From an uncultured Clostridia bacterium (lineage in GTDB: Bacteria > Bacillota > Clostridia > TANB77 > CAG-508): DNA of 61,233 bases. Below are positions 44,373 to 54,672 of this stretch, piece after piece. The stretch spans positions 1 to 61,233 of the forward strand of contig CAKPGS010000001.1 in assembly GCA_934155165.1 (NCBI GenBank). Reading direction: 5' to 3'. A model generated the notes under the pieces. That model was not told the origin of the DNA. It did not search any database and saw nothing but the letters and a program-made list of their open reading frames with translations. The position numbers were made by a program, and so were the translations under genes. The first letter of the stretch is position 1. Each line of letters opens with the position of its first letter.

Positions 44373-45581
44373 TTATTTTAAAAGTTCCTGTGCTTTTTGT
44401 AATTGTGTATCATCTTTTTCTTCAACTGTTAGCACGTTTTTTACTGTTTCTGGTAAGTTTACTGTTTCATCTGGTTCTATTCCCACTTTATTTATTTTAG
44501 TTTTGTTTGGTGTAAAGTATTCATTTGTTGTAATTTTTATTCCTGTTCCATCTTGCAATGTTAATACTTCTTGTATTACACCTTTTCCATAAGATTTCGT
44601 ACCAACAATTTTTGCTATTCCGTTATCTCGTAATGCTCCTGCTAATATTTCTGAAGCACTTGCTGTATTTTCATTTATTAAAACTACTACTGGTACATTT
44701 ATATATTTGCTTTGTTTTGCTTTTCTTATTTCTTCTTTTTCTTTTTTATCTACTGTTATTAGTAGTTTAGAATCTTTATCTGTAAAATAATCTGCAATAT
44801 TAAGAGCTTCTTCAACTAATCCTCCACCGTTATTACGTAAATCTACTACCAAAGCTTTTATATTTTTATTTGCATTTAATTCATCATATTTTTGTTTGAA
44901 TTCATCTGCACAACCTTCATCAAAAGTTGAAAGTTTTAAGTATCCAATGTTATTATCTAGTGTTTTGCTTTCTACATGATTTATTTTTATATTTTCTCTT
45001 TTAATTTCTAATTCTAAACTTTCTGTTCCCCTTATAATTCCTAATTTAACAGTTGTTCCAACTTCACCTTTTATCTTGTTAGCAGCTTCTGTCATTTGTT
45101 CTCCTGTATATTCAACTCCATCAACTTTAGAAATTATATCTCCTGGTTGTATTCCTGCATTATAAGCTGGTGTCCCCTCTATTGGTGTTAATACTTTTAT
45201 TACATTGTTTTCTGTATCTTTCACCATATAAATTCCAATTCCTGTGAAGTTACCTAAGGTATCTTCTTCAAAACTGTCCATTTCTTCTTTAGTATAGTAT
45301 TCTGTGTATTCATCTCCTATAGCTTCTATATATCCTTTCAAAGCTCCCTCTTTTAACTTTTCTTCATCAACATCTCCAAGGTAATATTCATCAATTATTT
45401 TCTTGAATTTAGATATTGATTTTTCCAAATCAGTTGCTTCTGATGAGCTTGTTACTTTTATTGAATTTCCATTTATTGCATAATTATAAACAATTACAGA
45501 TGTAATTAGTGCTGTTACAAGTGCTGTTACAAATATAAGCATTATAATTTTATAAATCTTTTGTTTTTTATTTTCTTCCAT
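44373..45581 (-). CDS. ctpA: S41 family carboxy-terminal processing peptidase
   Basis: N-terminal TM, a PDZ region (GIQPGDIISKVDG) and an S41 core (NENTASASEILAGAL). Confidence 0.85.
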   Translation of the reverse strand: MEENKKQKIYKIIMLIFVTALVTALITSVIVYNYAINGNSIKVTSSSEATDLEKSISKFKKIIDEYYLGDVDEEKLKEGALKGYIEAIGDEYTEYYTKEEMDSFEEDTLGNFTGIGIYMVKDTENNVIKVLTPIEGTPAYNAGIQPGDIISKVDGVEYTGEQMTEAANKIKGEVGTTVKLGIIRGTESLELEIKRENIKINHVESKTLDNNIGYLKLSTFDEGCADEFKQKYDELNANKNIKALVVDLRNNGGGLVEEALNIADYFTDKDSKLLITVDKKEKEEIRKAKQSKYINVPVVVLINENTASASEILAGALRDNGIAKIVGTKSYGKGVIQEVLTLQDGTGIKITTNEYFTPNKTKINKVGIEPDETVNLPETVKNVLTVEEKDDTQLQKAQELLK

Positions 45582-45699
45582 AATTTCCTCCTAATTTTTA
45601 TTTCTTATGTATTATACTATAAAAATTTCATTTGTAGTATATTTTTTTGTTTTTTTATTATATTTTGTTTTGTGAAACATCTATCTACATTGTTTGATA

Positions 45700-46506
45700 T
45701 TATTTGAATTTTTCTATTTTAATTATTTGTTTTCCTTTTTTTGATGTTCCTGTTTGCTTTTTTACTACAAATCTTCCTTTTCCTCTTATTGTTATTGTGT
45801 CTTCTATTTTTATTTCTTTTGAAGTTTTGGTTTCTACCATATAATTTACTAGAACTCTTTCAGATGTTATAAATGTAGTTGCTTTGTTTCTTGATGCATT
45901 TGCAAGTTCTGCTACTATACTATCTAATCTTAAAGACGGCACTATTATTGTTATCTCTTCTTTTTGTATATTTGGTTTTCTTAAGTTTTCTATTTCTATT
46001 TGTTTTATTTTGCTTTTTGAAAATCTTTTTAGTTCTGGTAAGTTTTGTAGTAAAAATTTTAGTACATCTGGTTTTACTAAAATATCTGCTCCATCATCTG
46101 CTACAACTATATCTCCGATTTTTTCTCTTTTTACTCCAAGTTTCATTAAGCCACTTAAATAGTTTTTGTGTACATACTTTCCATGCATTTCATTTGGCAA
46201 TTCAATTCTTACAGTGTTTATGTATTGATTACAATTCGGAATTTTTTCTTGAAATATGTTTTCTAGTTTTTCAGGATAAAATATTATTAATTTTCTTTCT
46301 GCAGTCTCAAATCCACCATATATAATATAATTTTCTTCTTGTATTTTATTTAATATTTCTTTTATTATTTTTTGTTCATACATATTTAAAAAATCTGTTG
46401 TTTCTATTCTATTTTTTTCTTTTACAAATTTTATTTTATCTAGTACTTTAGAAATTAACAATTTTTCTTCTTCATTATATTTTTTTAATAATTCTTGCTT
46501 ATTCAT
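45700..46506 (-). CDS. ylmH: S4-domain RNA-binding protein YlmH
   Basis: C-terminal S4-like region (LRLDSIVAELANASRNKATTFI) and YlmH-like length. Confidence 0.7.
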   Translation of the reverse strand: MNKQELLKKYNEEEKLLISKVLDKIKFVKEKNRIETTDFLNMYEQKIIKEILNKIQEENYIIYGGFETAERKLIIFYPEKLENIFQEKIPNCNQYINTVRIELPNEMHGKYVHKNYLSGLMKLGVKREKIGDIVVADDGADILVKPDVLKFLLQNLPELKRFSKSKIKQIEIENLRKPNIQKEEITIIVPSLRLDSIVAELANASRNKATTFITSERVLVNYMVETKTSKEIKIEDTITIRGKGRFVVKKQTGTSKKGKQIIKIEKFK

Positions 46507-46513
46507 TTATCAC

Positions 46514-48391
46514 CTATACATATAAACTTTTTTCTAATATTTTAGCACAGTTATTTGCAATGTTTTCAGCATCTAAGCCATATATTTTTTCTAATTCTTG
46601 TGGTGTTCCGTGTTTTATGAATTTATCTGGATAACCAATTTTTTTAACTTTAGATTGTATATCTTTTTCTACTATTAATTCTTCTATTTTTGTACCTAAA
46701 GCTCCTTCTATAATATTGTCTTCTATTGTTATTGCAGCTTTTGTTTTATTTATTGAATTGACTATTGTTTCTTCATCCAACGGTTTTAGAAATCTTGCAT
46801 TTATTATTTCTGCATTAATTCCTTTTTGTTCAAGAATATTTGCTACTTCCATAGCTCTTGCTACCATTTTTCCTATAGCTATTATAGATATATCTTCTCC
46901 GTTTTTTATTATTTCTGCTTTTCCTTGCTGTATCTCTTTTGGTTCATCAAATTTAATTTTAGCTTCTCCACCTCTAGGGTATCTTATTAAAATTGGTTTT
47001 TGGGCTTTAACTGCATATTCCATCATTTGCTCTAATTCTTTAAAATCTTTTGGTGCTAATATTTCTAAATTTGGAACAATATTAAAGAAAGATAAATCAT
47101 ATATTCCTTGATGCGTTTCTCCATCATTTCCTACTATTCCTGCTCTATCTGCACACATTATTACAGGTAACTTTTGCAAACAAATGTCATGAATTACCTG
47201 GTCGTATGCTCTTTGGTAGAAGGTTGAATATATTGGAACTACTGGTATTAAACCGTTCTTGGCCATTCCTGCTGCCATTGCAATAGCATGTTGTTCCGCA
47301 ATTCCTGCATCAAAAAATCTTTCTGGAAATTCTTTGCTGAATTTTGAAAGTCCTGTTCCATCTTTCATTGATGCTGTAATTGCAACTATTCTTTTATTTT
47401 TCTTTGCTAGTTCAATTAATTTGTCTCCAAATGCTTTTGAATAATCTTTCGGCTTTTCTTTTTTTGGTGTTCCATCTTTTATATTAAAACTTGATGTTGC
47501 ATGAAATTTATCTGGATTTTCTTCTGCCGGTTTATAGCCTTTTCCTTTTTTAGTTACTACATGTATTAATATTGGGCCTTCTAAGTTTTTAGCAATTTTT
47601 AATATGCTTTCCATTTTTTCTATATCGTGTCCATTAACTGGTCCAATATATCTAAATCCCATATCTTCAAACATCATATTAGGTATTAATAATTGCTTTA
47701 AACTATATTTAATTTTTCTTACAATATGTATTATTTTATTGCCTATATATGGTATTTTTTGGACTACTTTTTTTATATAATTATTAGATTTTGTATAGAA
47801 TTTTCTTGTTCTTACTCTATTTAGGAACATAGCAATTCCACCAACGTTTTTAGAAATACTCATCTCATTATCATTTAATATAACAATTAAATTTGTTTTT
47901 GAACTTCCTGCATCGTTTAAAGCTTCTAATGCCATTCCTCCTGTTAAGGCTCCATCTCCTATTACCGCAATGCATGAGTATTTTTCATTTTTTATATCTC
48001 GTGCTTTTGCCATTCCAAGTGCAACAGAAATAGATGTACTACTATGTCCTGTATTAAAGCAATCTGCTTCGTTTTCTTCAACTTTTGGGAAACCTGCTAT
48101 ACCATTTAATTGCCTTAAAGTTTTTAGTTCTTCTTTTCTTCCTGTTAAAATTTTATGTACATAAGTTTGATGACCTACATCCCAAACTATTTTATCTTCT
48201 GGCAAATCAAAAACACTGTGCAGGGCTATTGTAAGTTCCACTACCCCTAAATTAGAAGCTAAATGACCACCATTTTCAGATACAACTTCTATAATGTATT
48301 TTCTTATTTCATCACTTAATTGATATTTTTTGTTATAACTTAATTTTTTTAAATCTTTTGTATTGTTTATATTGTCTATTAGTTTTTTCAT
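46514..48391 (-). CDS. dxs: 1-deoxy-D-xylulose-5-phosphate synthase
   Basis: TPP-binding motifs (GHSSTSIS, GDGALTGGMA...NDN). 625 aa. Confidence 0.94.
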   Translation of the reverse strand: MKKLIDNINNTKDLKKLSYNKKYQLSDEIRKYIIEVVSENGGHLASNLGVVELTIALHSVFDLPEDKIVWDVGHQTYVHKILTGRKEELKTLRQLNGIAGFPKVEENEADCFNTGHSSTSISVALGMAKARDIKNEKYSCIAVIGDGALTGGMALEALNDAGSSKTNLIVILNDNEMSISKNVGGIAMFLNRVRTRKFYTKSNNYIKKVVQKIPYIGNKIIHIVRKIKYSLKQLLIPNMMFEDMGFRYIGPVNGHDIEKMESILKIAKNLEGPILIHVVTKKGKGYKPAEENPDKFHATSSFNIKDGTPKKEKPKDYSKAFGDKLIELAKKNKRIVAITASMKDGTGLSKFSKEFPERFFDAGIAEQHAIAMAAGMAKNGLIPVVPIYSTFYQRAYDQVIHDICLQKLPVIMCADRAGIVGNDGETHQGIYDLSFFNIVPNLEILAPKDFKELEQMMEYAVKAQKPILIRYPRGGEAKIKFDEPKEIQQGKAEIIKNGEDISIIAIGKMVARAMEVANILEQKGINAEIINARFLKPLDEETIVNSINKTKAAITIEDNIIEGALGTKIEELIVEKDIQSKVKKIGYPDKFIKHGTPQELEKIYGLDAENIANNCAKILEKSLYV

Positions 48392-48472
48392 TTTCTTCCT
48401 TCTTTATTTAATATATTATATGTTTTTTATTTATTATATAATTTCAAATTATCATTTTATTAAGGATGAAAA

Positions 48473-48670
48473 ATGAATAAAAATCAATATTTCGAATGTG
48501 ATTGGAGAGAGTGTATAGCTTCTTATAAATTTCAAATGAGGAAGCGATGGCTTGCGGAGCAAGAGCAGCGAGAGGCTCGTTTGAATATTTATTTAGAAGC
48601 TTTAACAAACACATTGAGCCAAGAAATATTTATTTTTATTGCATTTTTCATCTGTTATAATATTATTTGA
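48473..48670 (+). CDS. Questionable small ORF over a GC-richer patch in the dxs upstream spacer
   Basis: AAGGA is followed by ATG. The first ~45 codons read as a plausible charged helix (RKRWLAEQEQREARL) using GC-rich codons atypical for this genome. The tail is AT-rich read-through. Confidence 0.25.
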   Translation: MNKNQYFECDWRECIASYKFQMRKRWLAEQEQREARLNIYLEALTNTLSQEIFIFIAFFICYNII

Positions 48671-48672
48671 AT

Positions 48673-49323
48673 TCACATACATAAATATGTTAGTAAACAT
48701 GAAATTACTGGCACTGTTATGTTGTCTGTTCCTTTTATTGAAACTGCTTCTATTATTGTCATTATTGTTGCTATTAGTATTGATTTTATAATCCACATGT
48801 TTACTCCATAAAATACCATAAAGATTGCTGTTATTATTAGTGTAATTATAAACATTGTTAATGATCCTGCTATTGTTTTTGTGGTGTTTCCTATTTTGTA
48901 TTGTTTGCTTTTTACTTTTTTTCCAACTATTGCAGCAAACCCATCTCCGAAACCCATTGTGAATACTCCAACTAAGCCTAGTTCTGGTTTATTTATAATG
49001 AATGTTAATATTATTAGAATTAATAAAGATAGTGCATAGTATACTGTTCCATAACCATCTTTTTTTTCTTCTTCTCTTTCCATTACTTTTATTAAGTCTT
49101 TTTTTACAGATATATAATTTAATATAACAAATGTTATTGGTGGTATTATAGCAAACCATATATTATCGAAAAATGCTATTGCAATTATCCACCAAAATGA
49201 AAGTACTATATGTATGTATTTTCTACTTGCTTCTTTTCCTTTTTTTTCTACAAGTTTTGCAGATATTATTACTGCAAACACAAATATATATGATACTATT
49301 ATTCCTATTATATTTTTTAGCAT
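48673..49323 (-). CDS. Polytopic membrane protein, polyprenol/phytol kinase or CDP-alcohol-type (CTP_transf_1-like)
   Basis: 216 aa with about 6 TM segments and the motif GFGDGFAAIVGKK...KTIAGSL. Confidence 0.5.
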   Translation of the reverse strand: MLKNIIGIIVSYIFVFAVIISAKLVEKKGKEASRKYIHIVLSFWWIIAIAFFDNIWFAIIPPITFVILNYISVKKDLIKVMEREEEKKDGYGTVYYALSLLILIILTFIINKPELGLVGVFTMGFGDGFAAIVGKKVKSKQYKIGNTTKTIAGSLTMFIITLIITAIFMVFYGVNMWIIKSILIATIMTIIEAVSIKGTDNITVPVISCLLTYLCM

Positions 49324-49415
49324 TTTTATTTTTCCTTTCTTTTTTGCTTTATTATAATACCATATTTTTTTTTATTTTTAAAGACATATTAGAAATTTCC
49401 TATACATAAAAATTA

Positions 49416-49438
49416 GGCGACCAATGGTCGCCCCTACA
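49416..49438 (-). repeat. REP-like hairpin, subfamily B, doubling as the clpX terminator
   Basis: Minus strand TGTAGGGGCGACCATTGGTCGCC followed by TAATTTTTAT. The 27-mer at 49414-49440 is identical to 58359-58385. Confidence 0.75.
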
Positions 49439-49464
49439 ATGCTTTTATTATTCAAAATAGATTT

Positions 49465-50769
49465 TTATGCTGATTCGTTATTTTTTATTTTTGTCTTTGT
49501 TTTTTCGTTTTTTTCTTCATTTTTTAATACTATTATTGGTTTGTCTATTCCTTCTACTGTATTTTTTGTTATTATACATTTTTCTATTTGTGGATTTGAA
49601 GGTATTTCGTACATTATATCTCTCATTATGTCTTCTATTATTGAACGTAATCCTCTGGCTCCTGTTTTTCTTTCTATTGCCTTATTTACTATTGCTTCTA
49701 AAGAATCTTGTTCAAATTCTAGTTCTACATCGTCTAGTTTGAATAACTTTTTATATTGTTTTACTAATGCATTTTTTGGCTTTGTTACAATATCTATTAA
49801 TGCTTGTTTGTCTAATTCATTTAATGTTGCTATTATTGGCAATCTTCCTACGAATTCTGGTATTAATCCAAATTTTAATAAATCTTGTGGTAGCATTTCT
49901 TTAAATACTTCTGCTCTATTTTTTTCTGTTTTATCTTGTATTTGTGCTCCAAATCCTATTGTTTTTTTGCCAGTTCTTTGTTCTATTATTTTTTCTAATC
50001 CCTCAAAGGCTCCACCGCATATAAATAATATGTTTTCTGTGTTTATTTGTAATAGTTCTTGATGTGGATGTTTTCTTCCTCCTTGTGGTGGTACAGATGC
50101 TGTTGTTCCTTCTACAATTTTTAGTAATGCTTGTTGTACACCTTCTCCACTAACATCTCTTGTAATTGAAGGATTTTCGCTTTTTCTTGATATTTTATCA
50201 ATTTCATCTATATATATTATTCCACGTTCTGCTTTTTCTATATCGTAGTCTGCTGCTTGAATTAATTTTAGTAAAATATTTTCAACATCTTCTCCTACAT
50301 ATCCTGCTTCTGTAAGTGTTGTTGCATCTGCTATTGCAAATGGAACATTTAATATTTTAGCAAGTGTTTGTGCTAGTAATGTTTTTCCACATCCTGTTGG
50401 ACCTAATAGCAAAATATTGCTTTTTTGTATTTCTACATCATCTTTTTTATTTTTGTCGTTTTGTAAACTTTTAATTCTTTTGTAGTGATTATACACTGCA
50501 ACAGATAATGTTTTTTTTGCTTCTTCTTGACCTATTACATATTCATCTAAAACATCTTTTATTTCTTTTGGTGTTGGTACTGTTTCGTTATTTATTGTAT
50601 ATTTTTCGTCGTCTTCATCCTCGTATATATCATTTTCTACTATATTTGAACAAACATCTATGCATTCGTTACAAATATATACTCCAGGACCTGCAACTAT
50701 TCTTTCTACTTCATCTTGCATTTTTCCACAAAATGAGCATTTTACGTTGCTAGTACTCTTCTTTGCCAT
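49465..50769 (-). CDS. clpX: ATP-dependent Clp protease ATP-binding subunit ClpX
   Basis: N-terminal zinc finger CSFCGK...CNEC and Walker A GPTGCGKT. Confidence 0.95.
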   Translation of the reverse strand: MAKKSTSNVKCSFCGKMQDEVERIVAGPGVYICNECIDVCSNIVENDIYEDEDDEKYTINNETVPTPKEIKDVLDEYVIGQEEAKKTLSVAVYNHYKRIKSLQNDKNKKDDVEIQKSNILLLGPTGCGKTLLAQTLAKILNVPFAIADATTLTEAGYVGEDVENILLKLIQAADYDIEKAERGIIYIDEIDKISRKSENPSITRDVSGEGVQQALLKIVEGTTASVPPQGGRKHPHQELLQINTENILFICGGAFEGLEKIIEQRTGKKTIGFGAQIQDKTEKNRAEVFKEMLPQDLLKFGLIPEFVGRLPIIATLNELDKQALIDIVTKPKNALVKQYKKLFKLDDVELEFEQDSLEAIVNKAIERKTGARGLRSIIEDIMRDIMYEIPSNPQIEKCIITKNTVEGIDKPIIVLKNEEKNEKTKTKIKNNESA

Positions 50770-50792
50770 TATTACACTCTCCTTTTAAGGTT

Positions 50793-51398
50793 TTATATTC
50801 TTTTTTCCATTATTCCATCTATTAATCCATATTTTAGAGCTTCTTCAGCTGTCATGTAGTTGTCTCTTTCTGTGTCTTTTTGAATTGTTTCTAAACTTTG
50901 ACCTGTTCTATCACTTAATAATTTGTTTAATTTTTCTCTTGTTTTTACCATATGGTCTGCATGAATTTTTATTTCTGTTGTTTGCCCTGAAAGTCCACCA
51001 CCTGCTATTAATGGTTGGTGAATTAATATTTCTGCATTTGGTGTTGCATATCTTTTTCCTTTTTCTCCTGATGCTAATAATACAGCTCCCATACTTGCTG
51101 CCATTCCGACACATATAGTTGAAACAGGACATTTTATGTAGTTCATTGTGTCTACAATTCCCATTCCATCTGTAATTGATCCTCCTGGACTATTTATATA
51201 TAAGAATATTTCTTTTTCTGGGTCTTCTGATTCTAAGAATAATAATTGTGCTATTACTAAACTTGCTGTTGTTGCATCTACTTGTTCTCCTAAAAATATT
51301 ATTCTGTCTTTTAGTAATCTAGAGAATATATCATATGATCTTTCTCCTTTACTTGTTTGTTCTACAACATAAGGTACTAAACTATTTTTTTCTAACAT
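50793..51398 (-). CDS. clpP: ATP-dependent Clp protease proteolytic subunit
   Basis: [13 protein letters not shown]-terminus and a Ser-His-Asp context (GMAASMG, IHQP). Confidence 0.95.
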   Translation of the reverse strand: MLEKNSLVPYVVEQTSKGERSYDIFSRLLKDRIIFLGEQVDATTASLVIAQLLFLESEDPEKEIFLYINSPGGSITDGMGIVDTMNYIKCPVSTICVGMAASMGAVLLASGEKGKRYATPNAEILIHQPLIAGGGLSGQTTEIKIHADHMVKTREKLNKLLSDRTGQSLETIQKDTERDNYMTAEEALKYGLIDGIMEKRI

Positions 51399-51439
51399 AA
51401 TTTTTCCTCCTTTTTAGTTTAGAATTTTTATAGTTTTAT

Positions 51440-51503
51440 AAAAAAGGGTCGTAAAACTATTGAATATATTTTTATATTCTTAATTTTTTATACGACCCCT
51501 ACG
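51440..51503 (-). terminator. Hairpin downstream of tig with a GTAGGGG head
   Basis: GGGTCGTA/TACGACCC 8-bp stem encloses an AT inner hairpin. Minus strand starts TCGTAGGGGTCGTA and ends in TTTTTTAT. Confidence 0.55.
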
Positions 51504-51515
51504 ATTTTTATTTTC

Positions 51516-52799
51516 TTATTTTATTTTTGCATTTTTTACTATAAATTCTATTGTTTTTTCTGTTTTTAAGTTTTCTTTTAAATAATTTCTTAAAGATTCA
51601 TTTGATTTTAATTCGTCTTCTGTTTTTCCGTAGTTTTCAGCCATTTCTTTGATTTTTTCGTCTACTTCTTTATCGTCAGCTTCAATTTTTTCTTCATTAG
51701 CTACTGCTTCAATTACTAATCTAGATTTAACAGCATCTTTAGCTTGATCTTCATATTCTTTTCTGAATTCTTCTTTAGTTTTACCTATCATTTGTAGGTA
51801 CATATCTAAAGTTAATCCTTGATATTGCATTCTTTGTTCCATATCTTTTTCCATATGGTCAATTTCTGTTTCTATCATTCCTGATGGAATATCTATTTCA
51901 GTATTGTCGCAAACAGCTTTTATAGCTGTTTCTTCTGTTTCATATTTTGCTTTTTGTTCGTTTTCTTTTTCTAATTTTTCTTTAATGCTTTCTTTTAATT
52001 CTTTTAATGTATCAAATTCACTAACATCTTTAGCAAATTCATCATCTAATTCTGGTAATTCTTTTTTCTTTATTTCATGTAATTTAACTTTAAATGTTGC
52101 ATCTTTTCCAGCTAATTCTTTAGAGAAATATTCTTCTGGGAATTTAACATTTATGTCTTTTTCTTCGTCTATTTTCATTCCTATTATTTGGTCTTCAAAT
52201 CCTGGAATAAATGTGTTACTTCCTATTGTTAATTCATGACCTTCTGCTTTTCCACCTTCAAATGCTTTACCATCAACAAATCCTTCAAAATCTATAACAG
52301 TAATGTCTCCGTTTTCAACGGCTCTATCATCAACTGTTACCATTCTTGAATTTCTTTCTTGCATATGTCCTAATTCGTGGTTTATATCTTTGTCAGATAC
52401 ATTATACTCTACTTTTTTGATTTCTATACCTTTATATTTTCCTGGTTTTACTTCTGGTTTTGTTTGAACAACAGCTGTAAATATTAAGTCTTGTCCTTTT
52501 CCTATTTGTTTAACATCTAAGTCTGGATAACTTACTGCTGTAATGTTGCTTTCTCTTAATTCTTTGTCATATACTTCTTGTAATATCTCATTGAAAGTAT
52601 CTTCATAGAAAATTTCTTTTCCATAATATCTTTCTATTATATTCATTGGTGCTTTACCTTTTCTGAAACCTGGTATATTAAAATATTTAACTGTTTTGAA
52701 ATATACTTTTTTCATTGTTTCATCAAACTTTTTTGCTTCTACTGTAAATTCTAATTTTAATTCATTTTTGTTATCTGTTTTTTCAACTTTAATACTCAT
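51516..52799 (-). CDS. tig: Trigger factor
   Basis: GFRKGKAP ribosome-binding motif and a central FKBP-type domain. The start is placed at ATG 52799 (MSIKVEKT) and is uncertain, because the track ORF begins at TTG 52820. Confidence 0.92.
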   Translation of the reverse strand: MSIKVEKTDNKNELKLEFTVEAKKFDETMKKVYFKTVKYFNIPGFRKGKAPMNIIERYYGKEIFYEDTFNEILQEVYDKELRESNITAVSYPDLDVKQIGKGQDLIFTAVVQTKPEVKPGKYKGIEIKKVEYNVSDKDINHELGHMQERNSRMVTVDDRAVENGDITVIDFEGFVDGKAFEGGKAEGHELTIGSNTFIPGFEDQIIGMKIDEEKDINVKFPEEYFSKELAGKDATFKVKLHEIKKKELPELDDEFAKDVSEFDTLKELKESIKEKLEKENEQKAKYETEETAIKAVCDNTEIDIPSGMIETEIDHMEKDMEQRMQYQGLTLDMYLQMIGKTKEEFRKEYEDQAKDAVKSRLVIEAVANEEKIEADDKEVDEKIKEMAENYGKTEDELKSNESLRNYLKENLKTEKTIEFIVKNAKIK

Positions 52800-52960
52800 T
52801 TTTTTATTCAATCCTTTCAAGTTTTATAATAAGCTTTTACATTATATCACAAATTACTCATTTTGCAAGGGTTTTATAAAATTAATTGACTATCTTCGTT
52901 TTTTATACAATATAAAAGAATATAATTAAAGTTTTAGCATATATTTATTTAGGTGATTTT

Positions 52961-53884
52961 ATGGATGAAAATATTGTAAACACAAACCAATTATATACTT
53001 CAACTTTACTTGCACAAGATATTTATTATTTAAATATCAGATATCCTTTTTTAAATATTCAAACAATTGGTGATAGTGTTCTTGGAAAGCCTATTTCTTG
53101 TATAAGACTTGGTAAGGGCTCTAAAACCGTTTTCTATTCTGGTGCTATTCATGCTAATGAATGGATAACTTCTTTAGTTTTAATGAAATTTGTTGAAGAT
53201 TATTGCAAAGCATATGTCAACAATTCTAAAATATTTGGCTATGATGCCAAATATTTATTTCAAAATGTTTCTATTTTTATTGCTCCTATGGTTAATCCAG
53301 ATGGTGTTGATTTAATTAATGGAAACTTATCTAATACATCTTCTGCTTTTCTTCAAGCAAGACGTATTGCAGGTAATTATCCTGAAATTAGTTTTCCAGA
53401 TGGTTGGAAAGCAAATATTAATGGTGTAGATTTAAATTTGCAATTTCCTGCAAACTGGGAAAGAGCAAAAAAAATAAAATATGAACAAGGCTTTACTTCC
53501 CCAGCACCAAGGGATTTTGTAGGTTTTGAACCTTTAACAGAGCCAGAAGCTCTTGCTTTATATAATTTTACATTAAGACATAATTTTAATTTAATACTTG
53601 CATACCATTCACAAGGTAAAGTAATTTATTGGAAATATGACGGATTTAATCCTTCAAATGCTGAAGCTATTGGAAAAAGATTTAGCCAAGTTAGCGGTTA
53701 CACTTTAGAAACAACGCCACCTGAATCTGCCTATGCAGGTTATAAAGATTGGTTTATTCAAACTTACAACAAACCTGGTTATACCATTGAAGTAGGAGAA
53801 GGAATTAGTCCTTTGCCATTGTCTCAATTTAATGAAATATATAATGATAATATTGGCATTTTAGTTTTAGGTGGAGTATTATAA
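52961..53884 (+). CDS. M14 family metallocarboxypeptidase (gamma-D-glutamyl-diamino acid peptidase-like)
   Basis: Zinc motif HANEWIT plus later His and Glu residues. 307 aa. Confidence 0.75.
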   Translation: MDENIVNTNQLYTSTLLAQDIYYLNIRYPFLNIQTIGDSVLGKPISCIRLGKGSKTVFYSGAIHANEWITSLVLMKFVEDYCKAYVNNSKIFGYDAKYLFQNVSIFIAPMVNPDGVDLINGNLSNTSSAFLQARRIAGNYPEISFPDGWKANINGVDLNLQFPANWERAKKIKYEQGFTSPAPRDFVGFEPLTEPEALALYNFTLRHNFNLILAYHSQGKVIYWKYDGFNPSNAEAIGKRFSQVSGYTLETTPPESAYAGYKDWFIQTYNKPGYTIEVGEGISPLPLSQFNEIYNDNIGILVLGGVL

Positions 53885-53908
53885 AAATGCGACCAATGGT
53901 CGCATTTT
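53884..53908. terminator. Bidirectional terminator sharing the subfamily B core
   Basis: AAAATGCGACCAATGGTCGCATTTT. The core GCGACCAATGGTCGC is identical to the copies at 49416 and 58361, but the GTAG head is absent. Confidence 0.85.
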
Positions 53909-54672
53909 TACATTTTTATATATTTTATTTTTTCTATATTGCTGTTTTGGCTTCTTTTTACCATACATTCATATACTTCATTACGTAGTTTTTCTTTTTG
54001 TTCTTTAATACTTAGTGTTTTATCTGCAAAGAATGGTCCATCTATATATGATACAATTTTTATTTTGTTTTTTCCTCGTTTTTGGTATGTGTTTGTTATG
54101 CAAAATACTGGTGCATTTAATTCTACAGGATATTTAAGCGATACAGACTTAAATGGTCTTATATGGGTATAATATGGCCATATATGTGCTTCTGGATATA
54201 TTGTTATTGTGTTTTTGTTTTTTATTTTTGTTTGTATTTCTTCTAAGAAATTTTTCATTGCTGTTTTGTTCCCTGGCACGGGAATTGCTCCTAACATTTC
54301 TACTAGTTTTCCAAATGGTTTTACTGAAATATTTTCCGGATTAACTATTAAAAAATTTCTTTTTGGGTATATTGCAACACTTGGAATAAATGTATCTGCA
54401 AATTGTTGTGTATGGTTTGCATATATAAAATATCCTTGTTTTTTATAGGGCTTAATTTTTTCTTTTCCTACATATTTTAGCCTAAATTTTAATTTATTAT
54501 ATAAAACTTTTATTGGCATACTTAAAAAGTTTTGTATTATGTATGAGCATATATTCCATATTTTTCCATGTTTATATTTATAATTTTCATCTATTTTTAT
54601 TGGTGTTATTTTTGGCCCTGAAAATTCATCATTTAGTTCATCTTTATAATATATTATTTTTTGCTCTTTCAT
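53908..54672 (-). CDS. Lysophospholipid acyltransferase (PlsC/LPLAT)-like protein
   Basis: ANHTQQFAD (HxnD-like) and IYPEAH motifs. Start overlaps the upstream gene by 4 nt. Confidence 0.55.
   Translation of the reverse strand: MKEQKIIYYKDELNDEFSGPKITPIKIDENYKYKHGKIWNICSYIIQNFLSMPIKVLYNKLKFRLKYVGKEKIKPYKKQGYFIYANHTQQFADTFIPSVAIYPKRNFLIVNPENISVKPFGKLVEMLGAIPVPGNKTAMKNFLEEIQTKIKNKNTITIYPEAHIWPYYTHIRPFKSVSLKYPVELNAPVFCITNTYQKRGKNKIKIVSYIDGPFFADKTLSIKEQKEKLRNEVYECMVKRSQNSNIEKIKYIKM

Noticed and set aside
48392-48672. Possible TPP riboswitch upstream of the TPP-dependent enzyme gene dxs
   Set aside because: Neither strand contains the conserved CUGAGA or ACCUGAUCUGGAUAAUGCCAGCG-type elements.
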